DNA of 64,000 bases from Tubiluchus corallicola (Eukaryota > Animalia > Priapulida). The translations under genes were made by a program, and so were the position numbers. The stretch is taken from the NCBI GenBank assembly GCA_030141605.1, contig JAQGDQ010000066.1, positions 558,001-622,000 of the forward strand, in the 5' to 3' direction. Below are positions 54,201 through 63,174 of the stretch, one piece after another (position 1 is the stretch's first letter; every line of letters starts with the position of its first letter). The notes beneath the pieces are model-generated. The model ran no database searches. It worked only from the letters and a program-made list of their open reading frames with translations, and was not told the origin of the DNA.

Positions 54201-57200
54201 CTACAAATTACTCTGGTTGTACTGAAAAGTAATAAATACTTACGCTATCCTGCAGGGAGAACTGCGGTGGTGGAGGCTCAGGAAATACGTCATACAAAGA
54301 TGATATATACGTGATCATGGATTTTTCATCTGGCGTGGAAACATCTACATCTATAAAATACAAATATACAGATTAATTAGATTTCATGACTTAACTCAAT
54401 ATAGTCAACCATGACATTATGGTAAAAAATCGGACCACAAAAAATTGCCTCAAACAAGTGCAATTTAAGGTAAAGGCTACAGTAAAAATGTGAAGATATG
54501 ACCACATGAAAGCATGTCCAGGGAAAACAGGATAACTAAATTACTATTTATGTAATTACCTAGAAAAATTAAAACGAATACTACAAATAAACTGCCGGTG
54601 TTTAGGGACCACTGACTTGAGTTTTTATTGAGAGTGCTTGACTTTTTATAGAATCAGCGATAAAAAAGTCTTAACATAGCAAATGACCTTTAATGGGCTA
54701 GGGACTGCAAGACTGACCCCCCAAATTAGACCAACTAATCATCCCAGTTTGCACAAAAAGCTGAGGCAATAGCCCAGATCTGAAAGCAGTATTCCTTGTG
54801 GGGTTGTATAGTTGATTTGTAAAAGTACAGCATAGCTGAACTGCAGCGCATATGGGGAAAATCAGCATTTTCAGTAGCGTTTAGGGAATAATGTGCGTGG
54901 CCTATCATTCGAAACCCTCACCTTCAAAAATAGACTACAATTTGGCACTCTACAAACTGAAATTCATCCTTATGGGTTGTGTCAGGACAAGAGTTCAGCT
55001 AAAAGATAATGCTCTAAGAGACAGCAAACCAGTAGAGGCCCCTCTCTTAGCTACTATATGTTAGGGCACATGCACATTCTCCTTAACCCCAACAAGCAGC
55101 AGTGTAGCCGTTTTCCTGTTAGCCACATCTATTTGCTAATCAGACCCACCACTGCTTAACTTTACAGTTTGCAGCCAATTACATCATGATCCTTATTTCT
55201 CTCACCCAAATAATGGGTAGGCTTAACAAAAAAATTTTTAACCATAAAAGTCAGAGATAGAGTGCTACAGCAACTGGGCAATGTAGTAAGTAAACGCCTG
55301 ACATGTATCGGAGTGTTTTATTGAATATTTACTAAATAGTGCTGTAAAATTATTACCTTCGGGATCCAGTAGACGGGTGACACCGAATTCTTTTTCGGCC
55401 ACACTAAATGTTTCTTGTAACCGTTTCCTTGGCGGCATGGTACGCAATTTTTTAAAATCTATCAGGTCCGGCCTGTTAAATAAAAATACATTGTAGTAAT
55501 GGTATAACAGCACAATAGTGCCAAATTCAATAGCTTTTTTAAAGCTATGCACAATGAACTGCACAGCAATTCTAATAGTGTTTCTAATAATACAAGTTTT
55601 ATGTTCTAACCTTACATTGGTAACCAGTACAAAAAATAATATTTAAGAAAGTACAGTGTAACTACTATGATACTATGTTTTAGCAGGTGTTGCTGTTCTT
55701 TCAAGATCTACAAGTGTCAGTTAATGGAAAATATAAAAAAAATACTTAGAGATGAACTTATTCACTAAGGAAACAGCACCTATCTAAATGTTATTATAAT
55801 GATATAGTACACGTGAAGCTTTTTGTAAGTCAAACAACAGCCAGCTGTAATGTAAATATGAGCAAGAGTTACTATCTTTGGAATGTTCAGTCAAACAACC
55901 ACTGGGATATGATGATACAGTGTACGAACTAACATTAAAAGCTAATCATACTATTACTAATGAATACAAGCAATACCAAAATAAATTGAATACGCTTGTA
56001 AAACTTGCTAAAACTAATTACTACAAAAATAAAATAGAAAATTATACAAATAATATAAAGAAATCCTGGACAATAATGAAAGAAATCATGAGCAAAGCCA
56101 AAAAACCAACTACTATTCAACTTAATATCAATAATAAAATTCTGAAAATAAGAGTATAATAGGTGACAAAATTAGTGAACATTTAACAAATCCTGGACCA
56201 TCTTTTGCAAATCAAATTGGAAACTTAAACAAACACACGTTATTCAGAACATTTAATGGAAATTAATTATCATAATTCCTTCTTTTCTGAATCGGTCAGC
56301 CCTGCTGAGGTAATAAATAACTAAACCACTATTTTGAAATGGTAATATTTTAATTTTAGGAGATTTAATTTCATTTAATCCCTTCATAGACATGTACAAA
56401 AACATGTTGGTTTAAGTTATTTCCAACTACTTTTAACAATCCAGAATTTATTTTGGACAGGTTATTGTTTTTTCTGACGTCTTTCACACTTTTCTCTCAT
56501 AATCTTCGTTTCACACCTCATGGAGGTTTGACATAATGGCTTAAGGCCCCTTCACACTATGTGGCAAATGCCACAAATATAGTAATTTGACTCAGAAGCA
56601 TTTCTATTAATTTTATTTTATTTTTTGTTTTTTCAACTATGCTGTATTTGTAATATGTAGTTTAGTAGGTGAAATAAACTGAATTTGAATTTATTATTAT
56701 GATGATGTCATGATGTCTTCTCTACAAAATGAATCAGTAGTGACAGAATGTAGCTAAAAGTAATTTCGCCACATACGAGAAATGATGAGGAGAAGGACAT
56801 TTCCTTGTAGCTGTGTATCAGGGTACTAGGGTAGCTGTGTATTACGTTACAACAGAAAAGCGGATTTGAATGTACATGCTTGATCAGCAGTAAAATAACG
56901 TATATCAAAAACACTATTCTTCTGCCATTCTGAATGGGACCATAGTTATGGAGCTTTTTCTGTTTAACAAGTTCAGGCCGGACTTTAATCCCAATTGTCC
57001 AATATGATAATTTTTGGCTACGTGTTAACTTATAAGCTGAAATATATAGGACCTCCGGTAACCAAATACTTAAAGAATCCAAGTGTAACTATCCAAAACC
57101 ACTTAAACACCAAAAGATCTCTTAAGGGTCAGACAGGCTGTACAAAGATGTAACAAAAAAAAATCAATGATTCACACAGGGTGGGGTTAGTGTGTTTGCC

Positions 57201-59365
57201 CAGTGGGCATAGATAATAATTGGACAGGTTGAAGAGCGTGCCCAGGCGTACAAACTGGGCTAAGTATACAAACCAGGGACGTGCTGATGTAAACTTTCAA
57301 AGTGAAAAAATAATGAGCTTATGCGGAAGAGAAATTAAACGCTCTCATTCCGTTTTCATTACCAAGCTTGTATCTCCCTGTCCAGAAACTGGGGAAACAT
57401 TCAAACATGTCAAAACTTAATCTCAGTATAAATCCTGGACAATAAATTTAATAACTTAAATCACAACACTAAAATGTAACTAGACTTATAATAACAGGAC
57501 AATGTAGGACAAACAGGATAACTACAGCAGGAGAACTAATTACAAATTACTTATTATACGGACTTCTCGTACATATGTTACAAAGTAATCTACTTAGATC
57601 TTAAAATATTGGAATTTTTTCCTTTTAAATGCTGAAAACACTAATGTAAAGTATAACAGCACTCATTAGAAAGAAGGCTTAGCATTAGATGATGCAACTG
57701 GCATTTTTTTTCATAAAATTGTTTCCGTGACATACAAAATTTGCACCGCAGTAGACTACCAAATTTTTTTTACAATTTTACATTTATCAAAATACGAATT
57801 AAAGGGCCTAGGAACTGCAACATTTCAGTTAATTAAGGAATTAAGGCAGAATAAAGTCACTAGCGACCACAGGGAAACATTAGTTTCACATCAGTCAAAA
57901 GGCCCGCAATCCACGCCCTGACGTTTTTAATTACAAGGGCCAAAATGTGCAGTTTATTATGCACTTATTGTCTATTCAGGTATTTTGCTTTAAGCTCTGC
58001 GCCTCGTAAGCACTGAAAACGACATAATAATGACTTCGTTGTAACACCTTAGGCTTAAGGCCACACTAGAATTGCATGCCATATACAGCAGGATGAGATG
58101 CTGCTAAACTAAGAAATCAAATGTTGCTCAAGGTGCAAAAATGATGAAGATGCATTTATTGCACACATAGTAGAGAACACTACAATCGCGTAATATTGTA
58201 GGTCCCAGTAAACTGCCCTCTGGGACTCCTTGAAAAGACAAAATAGTTGCCAATAATTTTAGAATAACAATCCAGACAAATTTGAAAATCGAAAGTGATA
58301 AAAGACCGAGGAAATGTATTCTAAGTGACTCATGGTTGAATTGCTAAAGGAAAAATCATTAATTAAACGTGACTAGTAGGTAGCAACTCAAGAAAAATGG
58401 TGTACAAGAGAATATAAAATATCACACAATTCAACCACAGGTCAACAGTAGAAAGATTTACTTCCTGATTTAAAGATTACTAATAACAGATCCACAGGAT
58501 TTGCTGCAAACTGTTGCCCTGTTATTTTAAACATTTCTAAGGCTGTATAAAAGTGAATGAAGTAGGCCTTATACGAACTAAAATTGTTAATGAATTCATT
58601 ACGTCACTCCAACAAATGCTGATATCCTAAGTTTCAGTGCCCATTTGTAATATGTATTAAACACATTCAACAGCCTTCTGTGCACAAAAAAATATTTTTC
58701 AACAGTAGTTTGGTGGTAAACTCATAGTGGCCCTATTTACTCAACCATAACATGTAGTATAAATCTACAGTGCTGCTTCTTGGACACAGGAAACAAGCAA
58801 GATAGAAGATTTGGAAAACAAGAGACATATTTGTTAAAATCCTAATGAGCAGATACACATTGCAGTGAGTACACACTTATGTTTGCAGAACTGACTATTT
58901 CACTCTTGGTGGTATGTGAACCAAATTCCCAACAATGCTGTACATACAATACAGAAAAGTATGGATAATCAATTAGTTACACACACATTTTTATTAGTGT
59001 TTGAAAAGATGCAGTTTTTTCACAAAAAATTCCTTTTAAAGTCAACGAAATGTTCTGCAGCAGAGGCCCTGTGCCGTAACCAAGTGACTCTGCTTCAACT
59101 AATTTATACAGATGCATGTGCTTTAAATGAATAAAAATAAAATGCATGTTGGAATATTTGAAGACCATTTCAGGTAATCTTACCTGTTTCTATGTAGAAT
59201 AGCTCCTAGAGCTAGACCATCTCGCCAAGATGAACCAAAGTCACGGACTTTTACTCCTGGATATCCTAGCGTTGTCCTCTGGGCCCAGAGTAGCAGAGCA
59301 TCATGTGCGCTGACGTTCTGCTGCTCCGGTTGCCCAGGATGCGAAGGGACAACAATGTCCGATAT
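105..59365 (-). CDS. DST/MACF1 (shot): Spectraplakin (dystonin/MACF1/Short stop/VAB-10 family), 34-exon partial gene model: CH2 - plakin/SH3 - plectin repeats - spectrin repeats; continues beyond the left edge
   Basis: Family motifs: CH2 ([16 protein letters not shown]; [14 protein letters not shown]; [15 protein letters not shown]), plakin domain ([37 protein letters not shown]), SH3 ([12 protein letters not shown]), plectin repeats (DPxTG..SL.EA...G), spectrin repeats ([32 protein letters not shown]). All 34 exons have AG/GT borders with matching phases and sum to 32,577 nt, divisible by 3. Confidence 0.96.
743..876 (-). CDS. Spectraplakin exon: spectrin repeat ([10 protein letters not shown]...FIKQR)
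   Basis: ttgtag| acceptor, AG|gtattt donor; phases 0/2. Confidence 0.9.
1004..1413. mobile_element. Putative MITE (non-autonomous DNA transposon, TA target duplication, Tc1/mariner-like)
   Basis: Left end TA-cattcatatctcggtttgccg and right end ctgcaaaccgagatatgagtg-TA are inverted repeats (21/23 match including the TA); no internal ORF. Confidence 0.72.
1717..2043 (-). CDS. Spectraplakin exon: spectrin repeat ([10 protein letters not shown]...QDQFM)
   Basis: acgcag| acceptor, |gtattc donor; phases 0/0. Confidence 0.9.
2387..2562 (-). CDS. Spectraplakin exon: spectrin repeat ([12 protein letters not shown]...IEHQQ)
   Basis: ctttag| acceptor, |gtgcgt donor; phases 1/0. Confidence 0.9.
2700..7002 (-). 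CDS. Spectraplakin large exon (4,303 nt): tandem spectrin repeats
   Basis: 1467-aa ORF of helical repeats with recurring W-L motifs; ttttag| acceptor (phase 0), G|gtatga donor (phase 1). Confidence 0.95.
7045..7345. repeat. Intronic diverged tandem duplication, about 153-bp period
   Basis: agtctagttgcag at 7045 and 7198; tgtaatctactaggcaactaataccacacc is present in both copies. Confidence 0.85.
7462..7680 (-). CDS. Spectraplakin exon: spectrin repeat (EYHTLLNEY...SWLDQ)
   Basis: ttgcag| acceptor, |gtatga donor; phases 0/0. Confidence 0.9.
8178..8451 (-). CDS. Spectraplakin exon: spectrin repeat (YDDVSRQC...FQEESQ)
   Basis: atgtag|G acceptor, |gttagt donor; phases 2/0. Confidence 0.9.
8568..8710 (-). 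CDS. Spectraplakin exon: spectrin repeat ([13 protein letters not shown]...DLQNR)
   Basis: Translated by hand; ttaaag| acceptor (in-frame alternative cag 9 nt inside), AG|gtgaga donor; phases 0/2. Confidence 0.85.
9299..9331. repeat. Compound microsatellite (ATG)6(ATA)5
   Basis: Directly visible; it explains the spurious [14 protein letters not shown]. Confidence 0.9.
9375..9521 (-). CDS. Spectraplakin exon: start of spectrin rod ([21 protein letters not shown]...LEEIQ)
   Basis: Translated by hand; ctgtag| acceptor, |gtacat donor; phases 0/0. Confidence 0.87.
12496..30120 (-). CDS. Spectraplakin giant exon 2 (17,625 nt, 5,875 codons): acidic low-complexity linker plus plectin/plakin repeats, containing the 301-aa tandem array
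   Basis: 5960-aa ORF; atacag|GAA acceptor and AAG|gtgagg donor, both phase 0. Confidence 0.92.
17420..26570. repeat. Coding tandem array: about 10.1 copies of a 903-bp (301-codon) unit
   Basis: Marker aactgatttatctgta recurs at 17521, 18424, 19327, 20230, 21133, 22036, 22939, 23842, 24745, 25648, 26551 (exact 903 spacing); units differ only by scattered substitutions. Confidence 0.97.
29270..29810. repeat. Coding duplication, 2 x 270 bp (90 aa), diverged
   Basis: [14 protein letters not shown]...[23 protein letters not shown] occurs twice; ccaaattt anchors at 29453 and 29723. Confidence 0.88.
30410..35742 (-). CDS. Spectraplakin large exon 1 (5,333 nt): plectin/plakin-repeat region
   Basis: 1890-aa ORF with many DPxTG-x-SL-x-EA-xx-G plectin repeats; ttgcag| acceptor (phase 1), CAG|gtacta donor (phase 0). 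Confidence 0.93.
36007..36124 (-). CDS. Spectraplakin linker exon ([18 protein letters not shown]...TLSTKS)
   Basis: Translated by hand; ttctag| acceptor, G|gtatat donor; phases 0/1, needed to bridge into the phase-1 acceptor at 35742. Confidence 0.85.
36439..36741 (-). CDS. Spectraplakin exon: end of plakin domain ([21 protein letters not shown]...AEGIE)
   Basis: ttctag| acceptor, |gtgaga donor; phases 0/0. Confidence 0.92.
36909..37068 (-). CDS. Spectraplakin exon: plakin domain (CRGVEKASE...QFQPAM)
   Basis: tttcag|G acceptor, |gtaagt donor; phases 2/0. Confidence 0.9.
37909..38099 (-). CDS. Spectraplakin exon: plakin domain ([11 protein letters not shown]...[11 protein letters not shown])
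   Basis: ttgcag| acceptor, AG|gttaga donor; phases 0/2. Confidence 0.9.
38995..39133 (-). CDS. Spectraplakin exon: plakin domain ([11 protein letters not shown]...HENFI)
   Basis: ctgcag|G acceptor, |gtaagt donor; phases 2/0. Confidence 0.9.
39571..39737 (-). CDS. Spectraplakin exon: plakin domain ([13 protein letters not shown]...[13 protein letters not shown])
   Basis: Translated by hand; gtgcag| acceptor, AG|gtaatg donor; phases 0/2. Confidence 0.9.
40250..40383 (-). CDS. Spectraplakin exon: plakin domain ([10 protein letters not shown]...VVQHK)
   Basis: ctgcag| acceptor (an in-frame tgtag lies 9 nt upstream), |gtattg donor; phases 1/0. Confidence 0.87.
41096..41273 (-). CDS. Spectraplakin exon: plakin domain ([10 protein letters not shown]...QAEGQ)
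   Basis: ttccag| acceptor, G|gtatta donor; phases 0/1. Confidence 0.9.
41690..41804 (-). CDS. Spectraplakin exon: plakin domain ([12 protein letters not shown]...KSWDLKQ)
   Basis: Translated by hand; taacag|G acceptor, |gtacag donor; phases 2/0. Confidence 0.9.
42348..42502 (-). CDS. Spectraplakin exon: plakin SH3 ([22 protein letters not shown]...[12 protein letters not shown])
   Basis: Translated by hand; atttag| acceptor, AG|gtgtgt donor; phases 0/2. Confidence 0.93.
43139..43285 (-). CDS. Spectraplakin exon: plakin domain into SH3 (EMRETMK...[11 protein letters not shown])
   Basis: ttacag| acceptor, |gtgagt donor; phases 0/0. Confidence 0.92.
43898..43969. repeat. Intronic duplication, 39-bp period
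   Basis: acatgagaaaaagcagtagtcacaaagacacag occurs twice. Confidence 0.88.
44125..44343 (-). CDS. Spectraplakin exon: plakin domain ([16 protein letters not shown]...LREMQ)
   Basis: cttcag| acceptor, |gttagt donor; phases 0/0. Confidence 0.93.
45110..45214 (-). CDS. Spectraplakin exon: plakin domain ([35 protein letters not shown])
   Basis: Translated by hand; caacag| acceptor, |gtatgt donor; phases 0/0. Confidence 0.92.
46044..46173. repeat. Intronic direct tandem duplication, 2 x 65 bp
   Basis: tagagaaaactagtctttt...ttttagctgc starts at 46044 and 46109, one mismatch. Confidence 0.92.
46339..46500 (-). CDS. Spectraplakin exon: plakin domain (DAAIKRK...[18 protein letters not shown]...RYYQ)
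   Basis: Translated by hand; ttccag| acceptor, |gtaagt donor; phases 0/0. Confidence 0.92.
47222..47428 (-). CDS. Spectraplakin exon: plakin domain ([15 protein letters not shown]...YSQLM)
   Basis: atctag| acceptor, |gtaaat donor; phases 0/0; WGxDLPSV motif. Confidence 0.92.
47802..48006 (-). CDS. Spectraplakin exon: plakin domain ([12 protein letters not shown]...WTESKM)
   Basis: taccag| acceptor, |gtaatt donor; phases 2/0. Confidence 0.9.
48655..48818 (-). CDS. Spectraplakin exon: plakin domain ([21 protein letters not shown]...DKYIE)
   Basis: Translated by hand; ttctag| acceptor, |gtaagt donor; phases 0/2. Confidence 0.9.
49487..49580 (-). CDS. Spectraplakin exon: plakin domain ([11 protein letters not shown]...RKVAE)
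   Basis: gcacag|G acceptor, |gtgagg donor; phases 2/0. Confidence 0.9.
49911..50210. repeat. Intronic minisatellite, about 12 x 25 bp (acacaagcagtacttagaatccaaa)
   Basis: Head-to-tail copies with minor variants and no spacers. Confidence 0.93.
51809..51883 (-). CDS. Putative 75-nt cassette (or alternative start) exon: (R)[24 protein letters not shown](R)
   Basis: Pyrimidine-rich tract ending ccaag|, open frame, AG|gtgaga donor; phases 2/2, matching the host intron. Confidence 0.45.
52259..52488 (-). CDS. Spectraplakin exon: plakin domain (RLLQDFQRF...ALHHEISR)
   Basis: ttgcag| acceptor, AG|gtatta donor; phases 0/2. Confidence 0.9.
52978..53097 (-). CDS. Spectraplakin exon: start of plakin region ([19 protein letters not shown]...FPNSIPEMQ)
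   Basis: Translated by hand; actag| acceptor, |gtctgt donor; phases 0/0. Confidence 0.9.
54122..54247. repeat. Three imperfect 44-50 bp copies, each carrying a copy of the exon's 5' splice site
   Basis: ttgtact...tacttac(g/a)cta occurs three times; on the minus strand TAG(C/T)GTAAGTA at 54244, 54200 and 54150. Confidence 0.75.
54244..54350 (-). CDS. Spectraplakin exon: end of CH2 ([36 protein letters not shown])
   Basis: Translated by hand (not in ORF track); ttatag| acceptor, |gtaagt donor; phases 1/0. Confidence 0.93.
55357..55472 (-). CDS. Spectraplakin exon: CH2 (PDLIDF...VTRLLDPE)
   Basis: taacag|G acceptor, G|gtaata donor; phases 2/1. Confidence 0.93.
55880..56320 (+). mobile_element. 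Degenerate non-LTR retrotransposon (LINE) ORF2 fragment, region between endonuclease and RT
   Basis: [26 protein letters not shown]...[11 protein letters not shown], then after a disruption [14 protein letters not shown] and SFFF..VSPAEV, resembling the linker upstream of RT in CR1/L2-like LINEs; antisense to the host gene. Confidence 0.7.
59184..59365 (-). CDS. Spectraplakin exon: CH1-CH2 linker and start of CH2 (ISDIVVP...ILHRNR)
   Basis: tttcag|ATA acceptor (phase 0), AG|gtaaga donor (phase 2); CH2 motif. Confidence 0.93.
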
Positions 59366-62300
59366 CTGAAACACAAGGCAACTGTATAGTCCTTCTTACA
59401 CAGTTTAATTTTACATAGAAAGGTAAATAAAAGTGTAAAACTAAAAACATCATTTCAAGTAAGTATTGTCAAACATGCTCATCCATCTGAGTAGTTGATG
59501 CTTAACTTAACTGCAATGATGTTTTTATAGTTTTCAGCTTTATATTATAGTCTTTGATCCAATCTTGTCAATTTTGCAACCAAACATGGAAGTTAAATAA
59601 TGAAATTCAGCATTACAGGCATTTAATACACAGTATTACTTATCAAGTATTTTAGTTTTCAAGTTCACTATCGTATGGTCTGAAAACAGATATACACATT
59701 CACCTTATGTTGTGTGGATTGAAATGAGATGTGGTACCGTAGTTACTAGTAATAATAAATTTGCAAATTTGCAATTAATGTTATGGCAGTCTAACGAAGA
59801 AATGGTAAAGTGTAATAATTTTTCAATGGCTTTATGTAAACTGTTTTGCTACACATTGCTTCGTACTACTATGTGCCAGCATTTTCTCATTTTACTGCGT
59901 AAACATATGAAACAGTTATAGTATTGGTTAGAATATTGTAGTTCAAGTAGAATGCAAATGCAGATTCCAAAGACTCCACAATCCCCATTACACAATTGCC
60001 AACAAGTGGCATAGTACACAAATAATCCACCTTCAGTGACTCTGCTTTTCATAAGAAAGGTCGACTCTTACTACAAAATGGTGTAAATGCAAAATGCTAG
60101 ATGGGGTAAAGCTATCACATCATGAAAGAATTACAACCTACTTTAATCTAAAGAACAGAAGAAGAAGCTGAATGATCTAGTGATTAATGATGTTTGACTC
60201 CCATCAGAGAAGCAAAATCTAGAGTTATTCTAGATATATTTCCATTTCGGTCAAGTTGGACTTCAACTTTTATAGCTTATGACATATTCCATTATCTCAA
60301 GTTAAGTAATTTAAGCACCCCAGGTTTTGAGGTCTTACAAGTTTTGAAATTCAGAATAAATTTAGAAAACCAAAAATCCTTAGATGAGTTATCAGTAAAC
60401 CATTTCTTATGCTACTAATTTACTACAACTAAAACTTATGTAAAAACAACGCTACATGTACACCAAAAATAATTTATAAATCTTATTAAGTGCTGTGTAA
60501 AAATTTCAAAACTTTTATTCTTAATTAATGTGCCTTAATACATCGCAACAACAAATACGACCAACTCCTACATCAAATTCTTAGTTATTCCTCAAGAACG
60601 TAACAATGACAGTTTAAGACCAACTTAAAACAGACCAATGCAGTTTTTAAAGGACAATCAGCTCTAGCCCAATTCCATCACCGACTTATAATTCATAAAT
60701 TCACACGTTTCGGCTATTTGACTTTCTTTGCAGAGTAGCTTTTCTTACTCATGCTTAATCCCCTTGAGAATGTAACTTGTGTTAGTGTTCTTTTGTCAGT
60801 AACCAGGGAAAAATAGCAGTGCATTAACATCAGATAAATTCTCTTTTTAGTTAGAACTGTGGAGCACAATCCATGTCAAAACTGTATTCAGGTCAATATC
60901 TGTTTTCGCATAAGGCAAGTATATTAAAGTATAGATGCCTCCTGTCGCGTTTTGAGACAAATTTAGAAAAAAAGAGTAATTTATTCAACTACATAAGTGT
61001 TTTTTAATACTGCATGCATGCATTCAATATGCACTGGTGTTACGCCCTATTAATCAAAATATAGTGTCAGACAGAAATGCCTACAGCATTTATTCTAGTA
61101 ACAAAGATAATAATTTGAAAAATTCTATGATTGAAAAATTCTATAGTATAAGTTTTCTACAAAAACATTTCTCTTGCAATTCACTTGGTAGGGCGGTACA
61201 GTCATATGCAGCAAGTCCTGATAAAAACATTAGAACCTCTACACTCCGTTTTTGTTTTTCAGACAAGCCATTAAAACTTACTTTACAAAAGTAAATCGGT
61301 TGCAAACAAATAAACCAATAATATTCAATCGCTAATCAATAACAATAGTTAAGCAGCCACATGAACCCGCGACTCTTAACTTGTACAGAAAACGTTGTAG
61401 CTGACTACTTTCATTTGTTTATACTGAGTTATCGATTCACTTTTTGAACTGGTATTATGGCTTTTTAAGTTAGACATAAATCTCTTTAAAATTAATTTTC
61501 TGCCACCCACGATGCTCAGACTAAATTAAGTGGAGCTATCGCTAGTTTAGCTGCAGTAGTAGTAGTTTTGTTAGCAAACATGTTTGTACAGTATGCGAGA
61601 TAAACAATATAATAAACAAATCCATGTAATATGACGAATATACTTCATTGATGTTGATTTATGTTACATTATATAAATGGTAACCCCGTCAAGGTGGCGA
61701 AAACGTATTAGCCATTCTATTAGCAGACACGACAAAAACTTCTCTTTTACGCAATTAATTCTATTTATATGAAAAAATATTACAAGTTTGTGACTAATGT
61801 TATACACAGCCTAAGGAAGAAATGGTACGTATCAAGAGATCGTCCAAAGTCTAGCTGTAGCCCCAAAACAACCTGATTGCTGCTAGTCAATGACCTGACA
61901 ACGGATAGTTACAAGTGCTTATTTATGGACTCGTAAACAATGTATTTAGAGGTTGTTACTCAAGCTGAGCGCTAAAAAGCAGGTACGTACTCAGTTCCAC
62001 CGTCTGCTTATTCATTTAGAGCTCAGGTGTTGAACTAGGTGAGTGACATTCATCATGCTCTGCCGAATTTTCTCGCTAAATTAATTTGATGGTTCTTAAT
62101 TACGGCACACCCTGACAGCTCGATTCAAAAATAGATTAACGTGGTGGGTGCAAAATAACGATGCTTATCAAATGCTCTGCACCGAATTTGACCCAGCAAC
62201 GGCACATATGGCACAGTTCTAAGCCGTTCAAAGCCCAGTTTCCAGATATGTAGTTAGCACGTAGATTAATAAATTCAAATTAAAATATGGTAAAGTTTGA

Positions 62301-62524
62301 AGTACGAACTAGCTAGTGAAAATAATTTCATGATACAATTAATAACTAGGAGATAACTCTTAATGGGAAGAATAGATAGCATAGTATTTGCTTTATTGTA
62401 TAACTTGATGCATTTCGTTTTCACGCCGCTACTACATAGATAGTAATTGTTAGTAATAGTATTGTTAGTAATTCAAAGATTTGACTAGAAATTCCAGCTA
62501 TTAATGTACCACCCTCCAACGAAC

Positions 62525-63031
62525 CTTATTCTTCCGTTTCCGTTTTCTCGGTCGTTGATTCACGGCTACTTGCTCTGCACTCCCATCTTCCATTACCATT
62601 TGAGGACCTCCCCATTCTGGACCGGTCAGCATACACAGACGGCCCTCGCCGAACCCCAACTTGCTGAATTTGTACGTGTACATGTCTTTCCTTCCCGCAG
62701 GTACAGTAGTAGTAGCTTCACTCTTTTTCAAGGCAGACTCAGGTGAGACACGCGACACATCCTCTTGCTTCACAGGCGTCAACCGGGTGTTAGTTTTCCC
62801 CGATTTTGACTTAACACGCGCTGGTTTAACACGTTCCTTATTCACAGGTATCACGTAATATATCTTCCTCTTGGTGAGATGAAGATACTGGCACAACCAC
62901 CACAACCAGAGAGTGAATAGGAAGATGGCTACTGTAGCAACGCTGACGAGTACAGCGCTGAAATCAGGTTCTGGCGGTGGAATGCCGACCGACACGTCGT
63001 CGGGCGCAGCCGGCCCACCTCCGTTATGCAT
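62525..63031 (-). CDS. Candidate alternative first coding exon B with N-terminal single-pass TM helix (169 aa); alternatively a stand-alone 176-aa TM ORF ending at 62501
   Basis: GC-rich ORF in AT-rich surroundings; start context aaaccATG; hydrophobic run FSAVLVSVATVAIFLFTLWLWWLC followed by TKRK; AAG|GTTCGT donor in phase 0 after KRKRKNK. Confidence 0.62.
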
Positions 63032-63066
63032 GGTTTGACACCCGGGGGCAAGACCGCAGCTCTTAC

Positions 63067-63174
63067 TTCACTACCGTGGCGTCGTTTGCTGTCTTTTCCT
63101 CGCTTAGACATCATGGGTGCGGTATCAACGTTTACCGTGCAAACAACCTTCTTAACTCGTAAACTTTTGCTCAT
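63067..63174 (-). CDS. Candidate alternative first coding exon A (36 aa, basic: MSKSLRVKK...KRRHGSE)
   Basis: ATG at 63174, 108 nt open, then GAA|GTAAGA donor in phase 0, matching the phase-0 acceptor of the CH2 exon. Inference only. Confidence 0.45.

Noticed and set aside
56708-57420. 124-aa and 66-aa intronic ORFs
   Set aside because: No recognisable domain or phase-compatible splice sites; possibly decayed transposon sequence, but unsupported.
59400-62480. Search for CH1 exons (e.g. ending WTIILHFQ)
   Set aside because: None found by eye or in the ORF track; CH1 exons probably lie beyond the right edge, though very short exons could have been missed.
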